Source: Synechococcus sp. UW140 (lineage in GTDB: Bacteria; Pseudomonadota; Gammaproteobacteria; Burkholderiales; Burkholderiaceae_C). Taken from it: DNA of 64,000 nucleotides. Shown here piece by piece: positions 1 to 10,152 of the stretch (positions are counted from its first letter, which is position 1; each line of letters starts with the position of its first letter). The DNA is taken from positions 172,183-236,182 of the forward strand of contig CALRSS020000003.1 of NCBI GenBank assembly GCA_943370905.1, given 5' to 3'. Under the pieces are notes generated by a model that was given only the letters and a program-made list of their open reading frames with translations, had not been told where the DNA came from and made no database searches. Both the position numbers and the translations under genes were made by a program.

Positions 1-1
1 G

Positions 2-571
2 GGGCCGCTCTTCACGGTGTTCGGCACCAACTTTCCGAAGTCGCGCGCTTTCATCATGCTGATCTCCGTGGTGATGCTGGCCAGCATCTGGCTGGTGCTC
101 ACGCGCACGCGCATCGGTCTGGTGATCCAGGCGGCACTCACCCACCCCGACACGGCCGAGTCCCTCGGGCACAACGTGCCGCGGGTCTTCATGCTGGTCT
201 TCGGTGGTGGCGCGGCGCTGGCGGGGCTTGCCGGTGTCATCGGCGGCAACACCTTTGTCACCGAGCCCGCGATGGCTGGGTCTGTGGGCGCCATCATCTT
301 TGTGGTGGTGGTGGTGGGCGGCATGGGCTCGCTCAGTGGCGCCTTTCTGGCTTCGCTGCTGATCGGGCTGATCCAGACCTTTGCCGTGGCGATGGACCAG
401 TCCCTGATGAGCATGCTGGGCCAGCTCCATGTCAGCGTGACGCCCGAGACCTTCGGCTATCCGCTGCTCAAGCTCACGATTTCGCAGGTGGCGCCCATCC
501 TGCCCTTCCTGTTGCTGGTGCTGATTTTGATCTTCCGTCCCAAGGGCCTGCTGGGCACCCGGGAAGACTGA
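2..571 (+). CDS. LivH-type ABC transporter permease (5' partial, runs off the window)
   Basis: Frame is open from position 2. Hydrophobic, with TRIGLVIQAA, GGMGSLSGA and the C-terminal FRPKGLLG typical of BPD_transp_2 permeases. Confidence 0.9.
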   Translation, partial: GPLFTVFGTNFPKSRAFIMLISVVMLASIWLVLTRTRIGLVIQAALTHPDTAESLGHNVPRVFMLVFGGGAALAGLAGVIGGNTFVTEPAMAGSVGAIIFVVVVVGGMGSLSGAFLASLLIGLIQTFAVAMDQSLMSMLGQLHVSVTPETFGYPLLKLTISQVAPILPFLLLVLILIFRPKGLLGTRED

Positions 572-580
572 GGCGGACCG

Positions 581-1873
581 ATGTCAAAAACGTATTACGA
601 ATTCAAGCCCTTCAACGTGGGGCGCTGGGTGCTCTGGAGCCTCTATGCGCTGCTGCTGATCGCGGCGCCGATGATGTTCAAGAGCAGCCTGGCGCTGACC
701 ATGCTGTCGCAGGCCGGCTATCTGGTCATCGTCTGCCTGAGCTACAACATCCTGCTGGGGCAGGGCGGCATGCTGAGCTTCGGCCACGCCGTCTATGCCG
801 GGCTGGGGTCCTTCCTGGCCATTCACGCGATGAACCTGGCAGCCAAGGGCGCCATCTTTCTTCCGCTGCCGCTGATCCCATTGGTGGGTGGCCTGGCCGG
901 TCTCTTTTTTGCCGTGCTGCTCGGCTACGTGACGACCAAGAAGGCCGGCACCACCTTCGCCATGATCACGCTGGGGGTCGGCGAGCTGGTCTTCGCGATG
1001 TCGCTGATGCTGCCCGAGTTCTTTGGCGGCGAGGGTGGCATCACGACCAACCGCGCCTACGGCAAGCCCTTGTTCGGCATCACCTTCGGGCCACAGGTGC
1101 AGGTGTATTACCTGATCGCGTTTTACTGCTTTATTTGCACTGCCGCCATGTTCGCCTTCACGCGGACGCCGCTGGGCCGCATCCTGAACGCGGTGCGCGA
1201 CAACCCGGAGCGAGTCGAGTTCATCGGCTACAACACGCAGCGTGTGCGCTACTACGCCTTCATCATCGCGGGCTTTTTCGCCGGCATCGGTGGCGGCCTC
1301 GCTGCCATCAATTCGGAGATTGTCACGGCAGAGGTGGTCAGCGGCGTGCGTTCTGGTGGCCTGCTGCTGTTCACCTTCCTGGGCGGCGCCACCTTCTTCT
1401 TCGGGCCCGTCATCGGCGCCGGGCTGCTGGTGCTGGCGCTGATTTTGCTGTCCGAGCTGACGATGGCCTGGCTGCTGTATGTCGGTCTCATCTTCCTCTT
1501 CATGGTGATGTATGCGCCCGGCGGCATCGCCAGCCTGATCATGATGAACCTGCGGGTGGCGTCGTTCGGCAAGCTCAGGGAACTCTGGGTTGGCTATCTG
1601 GGCCTGGCCCTGACCGCACTCACGGCGCTGGCGGGCGCGGCCGCCATGGTCGAGATGGTCTACCACCTGCAGCTCAACGCGGCGCTGGGGGCCGAGCTCA
1701 GCTTCATGGGCGTGAAGCTCAACGCCACCAACATCAACAGCTGGCTGGGCGCGGGCTTTCTCCTCATCACCGGTCTGGGCCTGTTCGAGCTCACGCGGCG
1801 CCAGTTCCTGGTGCAGTGGAGCGACATCCAGAGCGAGATTGAAAAAGAAATCAAACGGAGGGATCTGCTGTGA
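581..1873 (+). CDS. LivM-type ABC transporter permease
   Basis: LLGQGGMLSFGHA and GRILNAVRDNPERVEFIGYN motifs; multi-TM; follows the LivH-type gene. Confidence 0.92.
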   Translation: MSKTYYEFKPFNVGRWVLWSLYALLLIAAPMMFKSSLALTMLSQAGYLVIVCLSYNILLGQGGMLSFGHAVYAGLGSFLAIHAMNLAAKGAIFLPLPLIPLVGGLAGLFFAVLLGYVTTKKAGTTFAMITLGVGELVFAMSLMLPEFFGGEGGITTNRAYGKPLFGITFGPQVQVYYLIAFYCFICTAAMFAFTRTPLGRILNAVRDNPERVEFIGYNTQRVRYYAFIIAGFFAGIGGGLAAINSEIVTAEVVSGVRSGGLLLFTFLGGATFFFGPVIGAGLLVLALILLSELTMAWLLYVGLIFLFMVMYAPGGIASLIMMNLRVASFGKLRELWVGYLGLALTALTALAGAAAMVEMVYHLQLNAALGAELSFMGVKLNATNINSWLGAGFLLITGLGLFELTRRQFLVQWSDIQSEIEKEIKRRDLL

Positions 1874-2682
1874 CCGCCCCTGCCCAACCATCCGGCATCC
1901 AGGGCGATGGCTGCTCGCTGGAGCTCAAGGACCTGCGCAAGAGCTTTGGCAGGACCGAGATCATCCGGGGAACCAACCTGCAGGTGCAGGCCGGCGAGCG
2001 CGTCGCCATCATCGGCCCGAATGGCGCGGGCAAGTCCACGCTGTTCAACCTCATCAGCGGCCGCTTCGAGCCCACCAGCGGCGAGGTATTGCTCCACGGG
2101 CAGCGCATCAATGGCAAAAAACCGTTCGAGATCAACCGCATGGGGCTTTCCCGCAGCTTCCAGATCACCAACATCTTCCCCAAGCTCAGCGTGTTCGAAA
2201 ACCTGCGCTGCGGCGTACTGTGGAGCCTGGGCTACAAGTACAGCTTCCTGAAGTTCCTGGCCGATCTGGACGATGCCAATGAGCGTGCCGATGAGCTGAT
2301 GGAAATGATCAAGCTCGACAGGAAGCGCGATGTGCTTGCCATGAACCTGACCTACGCCGAGCAGCGCGCGCTGGAAATCGGCATCACCATCGCCGGCGGT
2401 GCCAGCGTGATCCTGCTCGACGAGCCGACGGCCGGCATGAGCCGCTCCGAGACGGGCCGCTTCATCCAGCTGATCAAGCAGGTCACGGTGGGAAAGACCT
2501 TGCTGACGGTGGAGCACGACATGGGGGTGGTGTTTGGCCTGGCCGACAAGATTGCGGTGGTGGTCTACGGCGAAATCATTGCTTACGACACGCCCGAGCG
2601 GGTGCGCGCCGACCAGCGGGTGCAGGAAGCCTATTTGGGTTCGTCGGTGGCAGATGCCCAAGCTGTGAGCGGAGGTCACTGA
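1870..2682 (+). CDS. LivG-type ABC ATP-binding subunit
   Basis: Walker A GPNGAGKST, LLDEPTAG, VEHDM; 4-bp overlap with the upstream gene. Confidence 0.95.
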   Translation: MTAPAQPSGIQGDGCSLELKDLRKSFGRTEIIRGTNLQVQAGERVAIIGPNGAGKSTLFNLISGRFEPTSGEVLLHGQRINGKKPFEINRMGLSRSFQITNIFPKLSVFENLRCGVLWSLGYKYSFLKFLADLDDANERADELMEMIKLDRKRDVLAMNLTYAEQRALEIGITIAGGASVILLDEPTAGMSRSETGRFIQLIKQVTVGKTLLTVEHDMGVVFGLADKIAVVVYGEIIAYDTPERVRADQRVQEAYLGSSVADAQAVSGGH

Positions 2683-3377
2683 TGCTGCACATTGAAAACC
2701 TCCACGCCTTCTACGGCAAAAGCCATGTGTTGCACGGCGTGCACTTCGACGTGCAGCCGGGTCAGATCGTCGCCTTGCTGGGCCGCAATGGCTCCGGGCG
2801 CTCCACCACGGCCAAGGCCATCATGGGCCTGGTGGACTGCCAGGGTTCCATCCGCTGGAAAGATGCAGAAATCCTCGGGAAGAAGGCCTACCAGATCGCA
2901 CATCTGGGCTTGGGCTACGTGCCCGAAAACCGCGACATCTTTCCCAAGCTCACCGTGCACCAGAACCTGCTGCTGGGCCAAAAAGGCAGCGGCAAGGGCT
3001 CGCGCTGGGGCTTTGACGACATGTACCGGATGTTTCCGCGCCTGCTGGAGCGCCAGCACACCGAGGCCGGCGTGCTCTCGGGCGGCGAGCAGCAGATGCT
3101 CACGCTGTGCCGTACGCTGATGGGGGACCCCGACCTCATCATCATTGACGAACCCACCGAGGGCCTGGCGCCCAAGATTGTCGAACTGGTGGGGCAGTAC
3201 CTGCAGACGCTCAAGAGCCGGGGTATCTCGGTGCTGCTGATCGAGCAGAAGCTCACCATCGCCATGGCCATCTCGGACCGTGCGCTCGTCATGGGCCATG
3301 GCAGCATCGTGTTCGACGGCACACCCGACTCCCTGCGCGCCGACGCGTACATTCGCAAAGAGTGGCTGGAGGTGTAA
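2682..3377 (+). CDS. LivF-type ABC ATP-binding subunit
   Basis: GRNGSGRST, LSGGEQQML, DEPTEGLAP; TGATG coupling to the upstream gene. Confidence 0.95.
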   Translation: MLHIENLHAFYGKSHVLHGVHFDVQPGQIVALLGRNGSGRSTTAKAIMGLVDCQGSIRWKDAEILGKKAYQIAHLGLGYVPENRDIFPKLTVHQNLLLGQKGSGKGSRWGFDDMYRMFPRLLERQHTEAGVLSGGEQQMLTLCRTLMGDPDLIIIDEPTEGLAPKIVELVGQYLQTLKSRGISVLLIEQKLTIAMAISDRALVMGHGSIVFDGTPDSLRADAYIRKEWLEV

Positions 3378-3467
3378 AAAACCTGCCGGATTGTCACCGC
3401 AGAGACAACCGGGGCCGTCTTCGTGGCTTCCAGGCCTTGTACAGTGACCCGGCCCCCCTACAATAAG

Positions 3468-3487
3468 AAAAGAACGATCGTACTATT
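3468..3487. promoter_or_regulatory. FadP-like (TetR family) operator
   Basis: AAAAGAACGATCGTACTATT, palindromic core ACGATCGT. Its reverse complement fits the Burkholderiales FadP consensus as I recall it (AATNGWACGAYCGTKCKNWT). Lies 133 bp upstream of a beta-oxidation operon. Confidence 0.7.
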
Positions 3488-3620
3488 TTCGAGTCTCCGG
3501 AATGCTTGTCGATTGCATTGCGGACAGACACACCCACCGAAACGGTCCGATCATCCCGTCATCGAATCCCTCTGAACCCATCCGAGACAGCAAAACCTCT
3601 CCAACGAAAGAAGCAGTGCC

Positions 3621-5729
3621 ATGACAACCCTCTATGAAGTCCACGGCAGCGTCGCCCTGATCACGCTGAGCAACCCACCCGTCAATGGTCTCGGGCACGC
3701 CACCCGGCTCAGCCTGACGCAGCACCTGCAGCAGGCCAACGCCGACGACGCGGTGAAGTCGGTCGTGATCACTGGCGCCGGCAAGGCGTTCTCGGGTGGT
3801 GCAGACATCAAGGAATTCGGCACGCCCAAGGCCATGTCCGAACCAAACCTGCACAGTGTGATCCGCGCGGTTGAAAATTCCGGCAAGCCTGTGGTGGCTG
3901 CGATTCACTCGGTCTGCATGGGCGGTGGACTGGAGCTGGCATTGGGCTGCCACTACCGCATCGCGGCACCCGGCTGCAGCGTGGCATTGCCTGAGGTCAA
4001 GCTGGGCCTGTTGCCCGGCGCAGGCGGCACGCAACGCCTGCCGCGCGTGGTGGGGGTGGAGCCAGCGCTCAACATGATCGTCAGCGGCGAGCCGGTGAAA
4101 AGCGAGTTGCTGGCCCAGATTCCTGGCCAAAAGCTGTTCGACAAGATGGCCTCGTCGCCCGAGGCCCTGAAAGACGAAGCGCTGGCCTTTGCCCAGTCGG
4201 TGGCCGACACGCGGCCCATTCCGCTGGTGCGCGACCTGCCATGCAAACACCCCAATGGTGACGCCTACTTCCAGTTCGCCCGCAACATGGTCAAGGGCAT
4301 GGCGAAGAACTTCCCGGCGCCGCTCAAGTGCGTCGATGCCGTGCAAGCCGCCACGAAGAAGAAATTTGAAGACGGCCTGTCGTTTGAGCGCGAGATCTTC
4401 ATCAACCTGATGTGGACGCCGGAAAGCCGCGCACTGCGCCATATCTTCATGGCCGAGCGGGCTGCGTCCAAGATTCCGGATGTGCCGGAAGACACCCCCA
4501 AGCGCGAGATCAAGTCGGTGGCCGTCATTGGCGCCGGCACCATGGGCGGCGGCATCTCGATGAACTTCCTCAACGCCGGCATCCCGGTGAAGATGCTCGA
4601 GATGAAGCAGGAAGCGCTCGACAAGGGCATTGCCACCATCCGCAAGAACTACGAAGCGCAGGTCAAGAAGGGCAAGCTCAAGCAGGACAAGTACGAGCAG
4701 CGCATGAGCCTGCTGAGCACCACCCTCAGCTACGACGAGCTGAAAGACGCCGACATGGTGATCGAGGCGGTGTTTGAGGACATGGGCGTGAAGGAAAAGG
4801 TCTTCAAGGAACTGGACCGCGTGATGAAGCCCGGTGCCATTCTGGCCTCCAACACCTCCACGCTCGACATGAACCAGATTGCCGCCTTCACCAAGCGTCC
4901 GCAAGACGTGATCGGCACCCACTTCTTCAGCCCGGCCAACGTGATGAAGCTGCTGGAGGTGGTTCGCGGCGCCAAGACCGGCAAGGACGTACTGGCCACG
5001 GTGATGGCACTGGGCAAGAAGATCAAGAAGACCTCGGTGGTTTCGGGCGTGTGCGACGGCTTCATCGGCAACCGCATGATCGAGCAGTACGGCCGCCAGG
5101 GCGGCTTCCTGCTGGACGAAGGCTGCACGCCGGCGCAGGTGGACAAGGCCATCGAGAAATTCGGCTTTGCCATGGGCCCGTTCCGCATGGGCGATCTGGC
5201 CGGCAACGACATCGGCTGGGCCATCCGCAAGCGCCGTTACACCGAAAAACCGGACATGAAATACAGCAAGACGGCTGACCTGCTTTGCGAGAAAGGCCGC
5301 TTTGGCCAGAAGACCGGCGCCGGCTGGTACGACTACGTGCCCGGCAAGCGCGACGCCATTCCCAATGCCGAAGTGGTGCAGATGATTGAAGACCACCGCA
5401 AGAGCCTGGGCATCACCCCGCGCAAGATTTCTGATGAAGAAATTGTGCAGCGCCTGGTGTATGCGCTGGTCAACGAAGCGGCGCACATTCTGGAGGAGGG
5501 CATTGCCTCCAAGGCCAGCGACATCGACATGGTCTACCTGATGGGTTACGGCTTCCCGATTTACCGTGGCGGCCCCATGCTGTACGCCGACCAGGTGGGC
5601 CTGTTCAATGTGGTGGAGAGCATGAAGCGTTTTGCCAAAAACCCGCTGGACGACGCGAAATTCTGGCAGCCGGCGCCGCTGCTGGCACGCCTGGCGGCCG
5701 AGGGCAAGACTTTCAACCAGTCGACCTGA
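3621..5729 (+). CDS. Bifunctional enoyl-CoA hydratase / 3-hydroxyacyl-CoA dehydrogenase (PimF/FadJ-like)
   Basis: Crotonase motifs FSGGADI, GGGLELALGC, PEVKLG; NAD-binding VIGAGTMGGGI; HFFSPA catalytic His. Confidence 0.95.
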   Translation: MTTLYEVHGSVALITLSNPPVNGLGHATRLSLTQHLQQANADDAVKSVVITGAGKAFSGGADIKEFGTPKAMSEPNLHSVIRAVENSGKPVVAAIHSVCMGGGLELALGCHYRIAAPGCSVALPEVKLGLLPGAGGTQRLPRVVGVEPALNMIVSGEPVKSELLAQIPGQKLFDKMASSPEALKDEALAFAQSVADTRPIPLVRDLPCKHPNGDAYFQFARNMVKGMAKNFPAPLKCVDAVQAATKKKFEDGLSFEREIFINLMWTPESRALRHIFMAERAASKIPDVPEDTPKREIKSVAVIGAGTMGGGISMNFLNAGIPVKMLEMKQEALDKGIATIRKNYEAQVKKGKLKQDKYEQRMSLLSTTLSYDELKDADMVIEAVFEDMGVKEKVFKELDRVMKPGAILASNTSTLDMNQIAAFTKRPQDVIGTHFFSPANVMKLLEVVRGAKTGKDVLATVMALGKKIKKTSVVSGVCDGFIGNRMIEQYGRQGGFLLDEGCTPAQVDKAIEKFGFAMGPFRMGDLAGNDIGWAIRKRRYTEKPDMKYSKTADLLCEKGRFGQKTGAGWYDYVPGKRDAIPNAEVVQMIEDHRKSLGITPRKISDEEIVQRLVYALVNEAAHILEEGIASKASDIDMVYLMGYGFPIYRGGPMLYADQVGLFNVVESMKRFAKNPLDDAKFWQPAPLLARLAAEGKTFNQST

Positions 5730-5778
5730 ACCCCAAAGTAATTAGCGTCACCTCACGTCCCAGACACCGGAGAATTTC

Positions 5779-6954
5779 ATGACATCAGCCCTCATTGTTT
5801 CCACCGCCCGCACCCCGCTTGCCAAGAGCTGGAAGGGTTCCTTCAACATGACACACGGCGCCACGCTGGGCGGCCACGCTGTCGAGCACGCCATCCAGCG
5901 CGCCGGCATCGAAGCCGCCGAAGTGGACGACGTCATTATCGGCTGCGCCACGCCTGAGGGCGCCACCGGCTCCAACATCGCCCGCCAGATTGCCCTGCGC
6001 GCCGGTTGCCCGGTCACCGTGTCCGGCATGACGATCAACCGTTTTTGCTCTTCCGGCCTGCAGACCATTGCCACGGCGGCGCAGCGCGTGATCGCCGGCG
6101 AGGCCGACATTTATGTGGCCGGCGGCGTGGAAAGCATTTCCTGCGTCCAGCAGGAAGCCAATACCCACATGCTGCAGGACACCTGGCTCGCCAAGAACAA
6201 GCCCGAGATCTACTGGAACATGCTGCAGACCGCCGAGCAGGTGGCCAAGCGCTACGGCATCTCGCGCGACCGCATGGACGAGTACGGCGCGCTGAGCCAG
6301 CAAAAAGCCACGGCAGCGCTGGCGGCCGGCCGCTTTGAGGCCGAGATCGCACCGATCACCGTGATGGCCGGTGTGGCCGATCCGGTGATGGGTCTGATCA
6401 CCAAGAAGGTCACCGTCAGCAAGGACGAGGGCATTCGCGAAGGCACGACCAAAGAAGGCATCAGCGGCATCAAGCCCGCCGTTCCCGGGGGCGTGATCGC
6501 CGCAGGCAACGCCAGCCAGTTCTCTGACGGCGGCGGTGCGGTGGTGGTGATGAACGAAACCGTGGTCGAGAAAAAGGGCCTGAAGCCTCTCGGCCGCTTC
6601 CTCGGTTTTGCGGTCGCTGGCTGCGAGCCTGACGAGATGGGCATTGGTCCAGTGTTTGCCATCCCGAAGGTGCTGGCCAAGCTGGGCCTGAAGGTCGGCG
6701 ACATCGACCTGTGGGAGCTCAACGAAGCGTTTGCCGTGCAGGTGCTGTACTGCGCCGACAAGCTGGGCATTCCGATGGACAAACTCAATGTGAACGGCGG
6801 CGCCATCGCTGTGGGTCACCCCTACGGCGTGACCGGTCAACGTCTGACGGGCCATGCGCTCATCGAAGGCAAGCGCCGCGGTGCCAAGCGTGTCTGTGTC
6901 ACCATGTGCATTGGTGGCGGCATGGGCGCAGCGGGTATTTTTGAAGTGATCTAA
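5779..6954 (+). CDS. Acetyl-CoA C-acyltransferase (thiolase, PimB-like)
   Basis: [31 protein letters not shown] thiolase signatures. Confidence 0.96.
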   Translation: MTSALIVSTARTPLAKSWKGSFNMTHGATLGGHAVEHAIQRAGIEAAEVDDVIIGCATPEGATGSNIARQIALRAGCPVTVSGMTINRFCSSGLQTIATAAQRVIAGEADIYVAGGVESISCVQQEANTHMLQDTWLAKNKPEIYWNMLQTAEQVAKRYGISRDRMDEYGALSQQKATAALAAGRFEAEIAPITVMAGVADPVMGLITKKVTVSKDEGIREGTTKEGISGIKPAVPGGVIAAGNASQFSDGGGAVVVMNETVVEKKGLKPLGRFLGFAVAGCEPDEMGIGPVFAIPKVLAKLGLKVGDIDLWELNEAFAVQVLYCADKLGIPMDKLNVNGGAIAVGHPYGVTGQRLTGHALIEGKRRGAKRVCVTMCIGGGMGAAGIFEVI

Positions 6955-7040
6955 CGCCCCCCCTGCGCCGCCTTCGGCGTCATCCCCTCATGGGACGCCA
7001 GCTGCGGCCCGGCGGAGCCGGTTCCGCGCTGGCACTGGCC
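6955..7040. repeat. REP-like GC-rich intergenic stem-loop element
   Basis: Contains GCGG-C-CCGGC-GGA-GCCGG-TT-CCGC (7004-7027). It resembles interspersed repeats I recall from Comamonadaceae intergenic regions; only one copy seen here. Confidence 0.45.
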
Positions 7041-7090
7041 AAGCCACTTGCCTGACAGCGAGCTGGGTTTTACTGAAGGAACAGGGATTC

Positions 7091-8920
7091 ATGTCGCTTC
7101 GCTCCACCATTGATTTTCTGCTGTACCAGTGGCTCGACGCCGAGTCCCTGAGCCAGCGTGCGCGATTCGCAGATCACTCCAGGGACACCTTTGACGCGGT
7201 GCTGGACACGTGCGAGCGCATTGCCCGTGAGAAGTACGCGCCGTTCAACCGCACGGTCGACATGCAGGAGCCGCACTTCGACGGCGAAAAAGTCATCCTG
7301 CCGCAGGCCACGCATGATGCGCAGAAGGCCTATGCCGAGTCCGGCATGCTCAGTGCGGCACAGGATTACGACATGGGCGGCATGCAGCTGCCCTATACGC
7401 TCGAGTCTGCTGCCAACGCCTTCTTCGCGATGGCTTCGGTCAGCATCGGCTCGGGCATGCTGACCACCGGCAACGCGAACCTGCTGATGGTGCATGGCAC
7501 CGAGGTGCAGAAAGAGGCGTTTGCGCGCCATGAGTTCTCGGGGCGCTTCTCGGGCACCATGTGCCTGTCGGAGCCGCAGGCGGGATCGTCCCTCAGCGAC
7601 GTGATGACGCGCGCTGTGCCTGACGGGGATGATTTTGAAGCCGACCCACTGGGCCCGCGCTACCGGCTCAAGGGCAACAAGATGTGGATTTCCGCCGGCG
7701 AGCATGAGCTGACGGAAAACATCATCCACCTGGTACTGGCCAAGATTCCGGGGCCGGATGGCAAGCTCATCCCCGGCACACGCGGCATTTCGCTGTTCAT
7801 CGTGCCCAAGAAGATGGTCAACCCGCAGGGCGAACTCACTGGCGTGCGCAACGATGTGGCGCTGGCGGGCCTGAACCATAAGCTGGGGTGGCGCGGCACC
7901 ACCAACACGCTGCTGAATTTTGGCGAAGGCAAGTACCCTGTGGGCCAATCGGGTGGATTCGATGGCAACGGCGCCGGCGCCGTGGGTTATCTGGTCGGCA
8001 AGCCCCATGAAGGCTTGCGCTGCATGTTCCACATGATGAACGAGGCCCGCATCGGCGTCGGTATGGCCGCCACCATGCTGGGCATGGCGGGCTACCACGC
8101 CAGCCTCGAGTACGCGAAGAACCGTCCGCAAGGCAGACCCATCACCGGTGCGGGTAAGGACCCGTCGGCGCCGCAGAGCCGCATCATCGAACATGCTGAC
8201 GTCAAACGCATGCTGCTGGCGCAAAAAGCCTATTGCGAGGGCGCACTGGCGCTGGAACTCTATTGCGCGCGGCTGGTTGATGAGCACCACACGGCGGAGG
8301 CCGAGGCCGCCGACGAGGCACGGCTGCTGCTGGAGGTGCTGACGCCGATTGCCAAGAGCTGGCCCAGCGAATGGTGTCTGGAGGCCAATTCGCTGGCCAT
8401 CCAGGTGCACGGCGGTTACGGCTACACGCGTGATTTTCCGGTGGAGCAATATTGGCGCGACAACCGCCTGAACATGATCCACGAAGGCACGCACGGCATC
8501 CAGGCGATGGATTTGCTCGGCCGCAAGGTGGTGATGGAAGGGGGCAGGGGCCTGAAGCTGCTGGCGGGCCGTATCAATGCCACCATCGAGCGCGCCATCC
8601 AGGTGCCCGAGCTGGCAGCGCATGCCAATGCACTGGGCAAAGCACTGCAGCACGTGGGCAGCGCGACCAAGGCAGCGTGGGCGACTGGCGTGCCGGGCGA
8701 CGCGCTGGCCAATGCCGTGCCCTATATGCAGGCTTTCGGCCACACGGTGCTGGCCTGGGTCTGGCTGGATGTGGCGCTGGCGGCAGGGGAATCCGCAACA
8801 GGCACACTAGGGGCTGTGCGTTATTTCTACCATTACGAGCTGCCGAAGATCGGCGCATGGCTGCAGGTGGTGGAAAACCGCGACCTGACCTGTGCCGATT
8901 TCCCCGAGGAGCTGTTCTGA
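7091..8920 (+). CDS. Acyl-CoA dehydrogenase (long, C-terminal extension type)
   Basis: GTMCLSEPQAGSSL, GNKMWIS, MMNEARI, IQVHGGYGY, IHEGT. Confidence 0.95.
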   Translation: MSLRSTIDFLLYQWLDAESLSQRARFADHSRDTFDAVLDTCERIAREKYAPFNRTVDMQEPHFDGEKVILPQATHDAQKAYAESGMLSAAQDYDMGGMQLPYTLESAANAFFAMASVSIGSGMLTTGNANLLMVHGTEVQKEAFARHEFSGRFSGTMCLSEPQAGSSLSDVMTRAVPDGDDFEADPLGPRYRLKGNKMWISAGEHELTENIIHLVLAKIPGPDGKLIPGTRGISLFIVPKKMVNPQGELTGVRNDVALAGLNHKLGWRGTTNTLLNFGEGKYPVGQSGGFDGNGAGAVGYLVGKPHEGLRCMFHMMNEARIGVGMAATMLGMAGYHASLEYAKNRPQGRPITGAGKDPSAPQSRIIEHADVKRMLLAQKAYCEGALALELYCARLVDEHHTAEAEAADEARLLLEVLTPIAKSWPSEWCLEANSLAIQVHGGYGYTRDFPVEQYWRDNRLNMIHEGTHGIQAMDLLGRKVVMEGGRGLKLLAGRINATIERAIQVPELAAHANALGKALQHVGSATKAAWATGVPGDALANAVPYMQAFGHTVLAWVWLDVALAAGESATGTLGAVRYFYHYELPKIGAWLQVVENRDLTCADFPEELF

Positions 8921-9150
8921 TGCCTTTTTTCAAGCCCTCTGCTGATGCCGCTGGCGACCGCTTCGTGGCCCGCCTGCAGGCTCTGATCTGGATCCTGATC
9001 TACGGCGGCCTGCTCACGCTGGTGCTGGGGCTGTCGGTGCTGCGCCGGAGCGACACGCTGGGGTGGTCGCTGGTGGCCGGCGGCGGCGTGGTCGCGGCAG
9101 TGGGTTTTGGGCTAATTTATGTGCGCTCCAGAATCACGACGCGGGCCTGA
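8920..9150 (+). CDS. Small 2-TM membrane protein (76 aa)
   Basis: ATG overlaps the upstream stop (TGATG). MPFFKPS...LIWILIYGGLL...GFGLIYVRSRI has two hydrophobic helices. Confidence 0.7.
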   Translation: MPFFKPSADAAGDRFVARLQALIWILIYGGLLTLVLGLSVLRRSDTLGWSLVAGGGVVAAVGFGLIYVRSRITTRA

Positions 9151-9355
9151 CACAGGGGGCCGCCAGTCACTCGCACGACAGCGGCGCTCGCCCGCGATCG
9201 CTTTCTTGTGCTCTACTTTGAACAGCGATTCCCGGCAACGATTTTCAGTGTGCCAGCGGTGGGTAACGGACCTGCCGAAATGATTCCAGTGGCGTCCTTC
9301 CAGGCGCACACTGACCCCACAACACCACAACACCACAACGTTCAGGAGACATCCG

Positions 9356-10147
9356 ATGACACGAACCATCCAGCAATTGTTTGACCTCAAGGGCAAGACC
9401 GCGCTCGTCACTGGCGGCTCCCGCGGGCTGGGCCTGCAACTGGCCCAGGCGCTGGGCGAGGCGGGCGCCCGCGTGATGCTGAGCTCGCGCAAGGCAGAAG
9501 ACCTGCAGGAATCGGCAGCCATTCTGAAGGCCGCCGGAATCGACGTGGACTGGATCGCCGCCGACTGCGCCAAGGAAGCCGACATCCGCGCGCTGGCCGA
9601 CGAAACCATCAAGCGCTTCGGCCATGTGGACATCCTCGTCAACAACGCGGGTGCTGCCTGGGGCGCGCCGGCCCAGGACCACCCGGTTGAGGCCTGGGAC
9701 AAGGTGATGAACCTCAACATCCGCGGCTACTTCATCCTGTCGCAGCATATTGCCAAGCACAGCATGATTCCCCGCAAGTCGGGCCGCATCATCAACGTGG
9801 CATCCATCGCTGGCCTGGGCGGCAACCCGCGCGAGATGACCACCATCGCCTACAACACCTCCAAAGGTGCGGTCATCAATTTCACCCGTGCACTGGGCTG
9901 CGAATGGGGCCAGCACCAGATCACCGTCAACGCCATCTGCCCGGGTTTCTTCCCCAGCCGGATGACGGTGGGCACGCTCAAGGCCCTGGGTGAGGAAAAG
10001 CTGGCCTCCCACGCGCCGCTGGGCCGTCTGGGCGATGACGAAGACCTCAAGGGCCTGTGTGTGCTGTATGCGTCGGATGCCGGCAAGCACATCACCGGCC
10101 AGTGGCTGGCGGTGGATGGTGGTGTCAGCGTGATCACTGGCGGCTGA
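9356..10147 (+). CDS. SDR oxidoreductase (gluconate 5-dehydrogenase-like)
   Basis: TGGSRGLG, NNAG, YNTSK (YxxxK). Confidence 0.93.
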   Translation: MTRTIQQLFDLKGKTALVTGGSRGLGLQLAQALGEAGARVMLSSRKAEDLQESAAILKAAGIDVDWIAADCAKEADIRALADETIKRFGHVDILVNNAGAAWGAPAQDHPVEAWDKVMNLNIRGYFILSQHIAKHSMIPRKSGRIINVASIAGLGGNPREMTTIAYNTSKGAVINFTRALGCEWGQHQITVNAICPGFFPSRMTVGTLKALGEEKLASHAPLGRLGDDEDLKGLCVLYASDAGKHITGQWLAVDGGVSVITGG

Positions 10148-10152
10148 GCACC

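Noticed and set aside
3483-8743. Long minus-strand ORFs (667, 356, 557 aa) and many similar antisense ORFs across the window
   Set aside because: Shadow frames of high-GC genes; they fully overlap motif-bearing genes and have no recognisable motifs.
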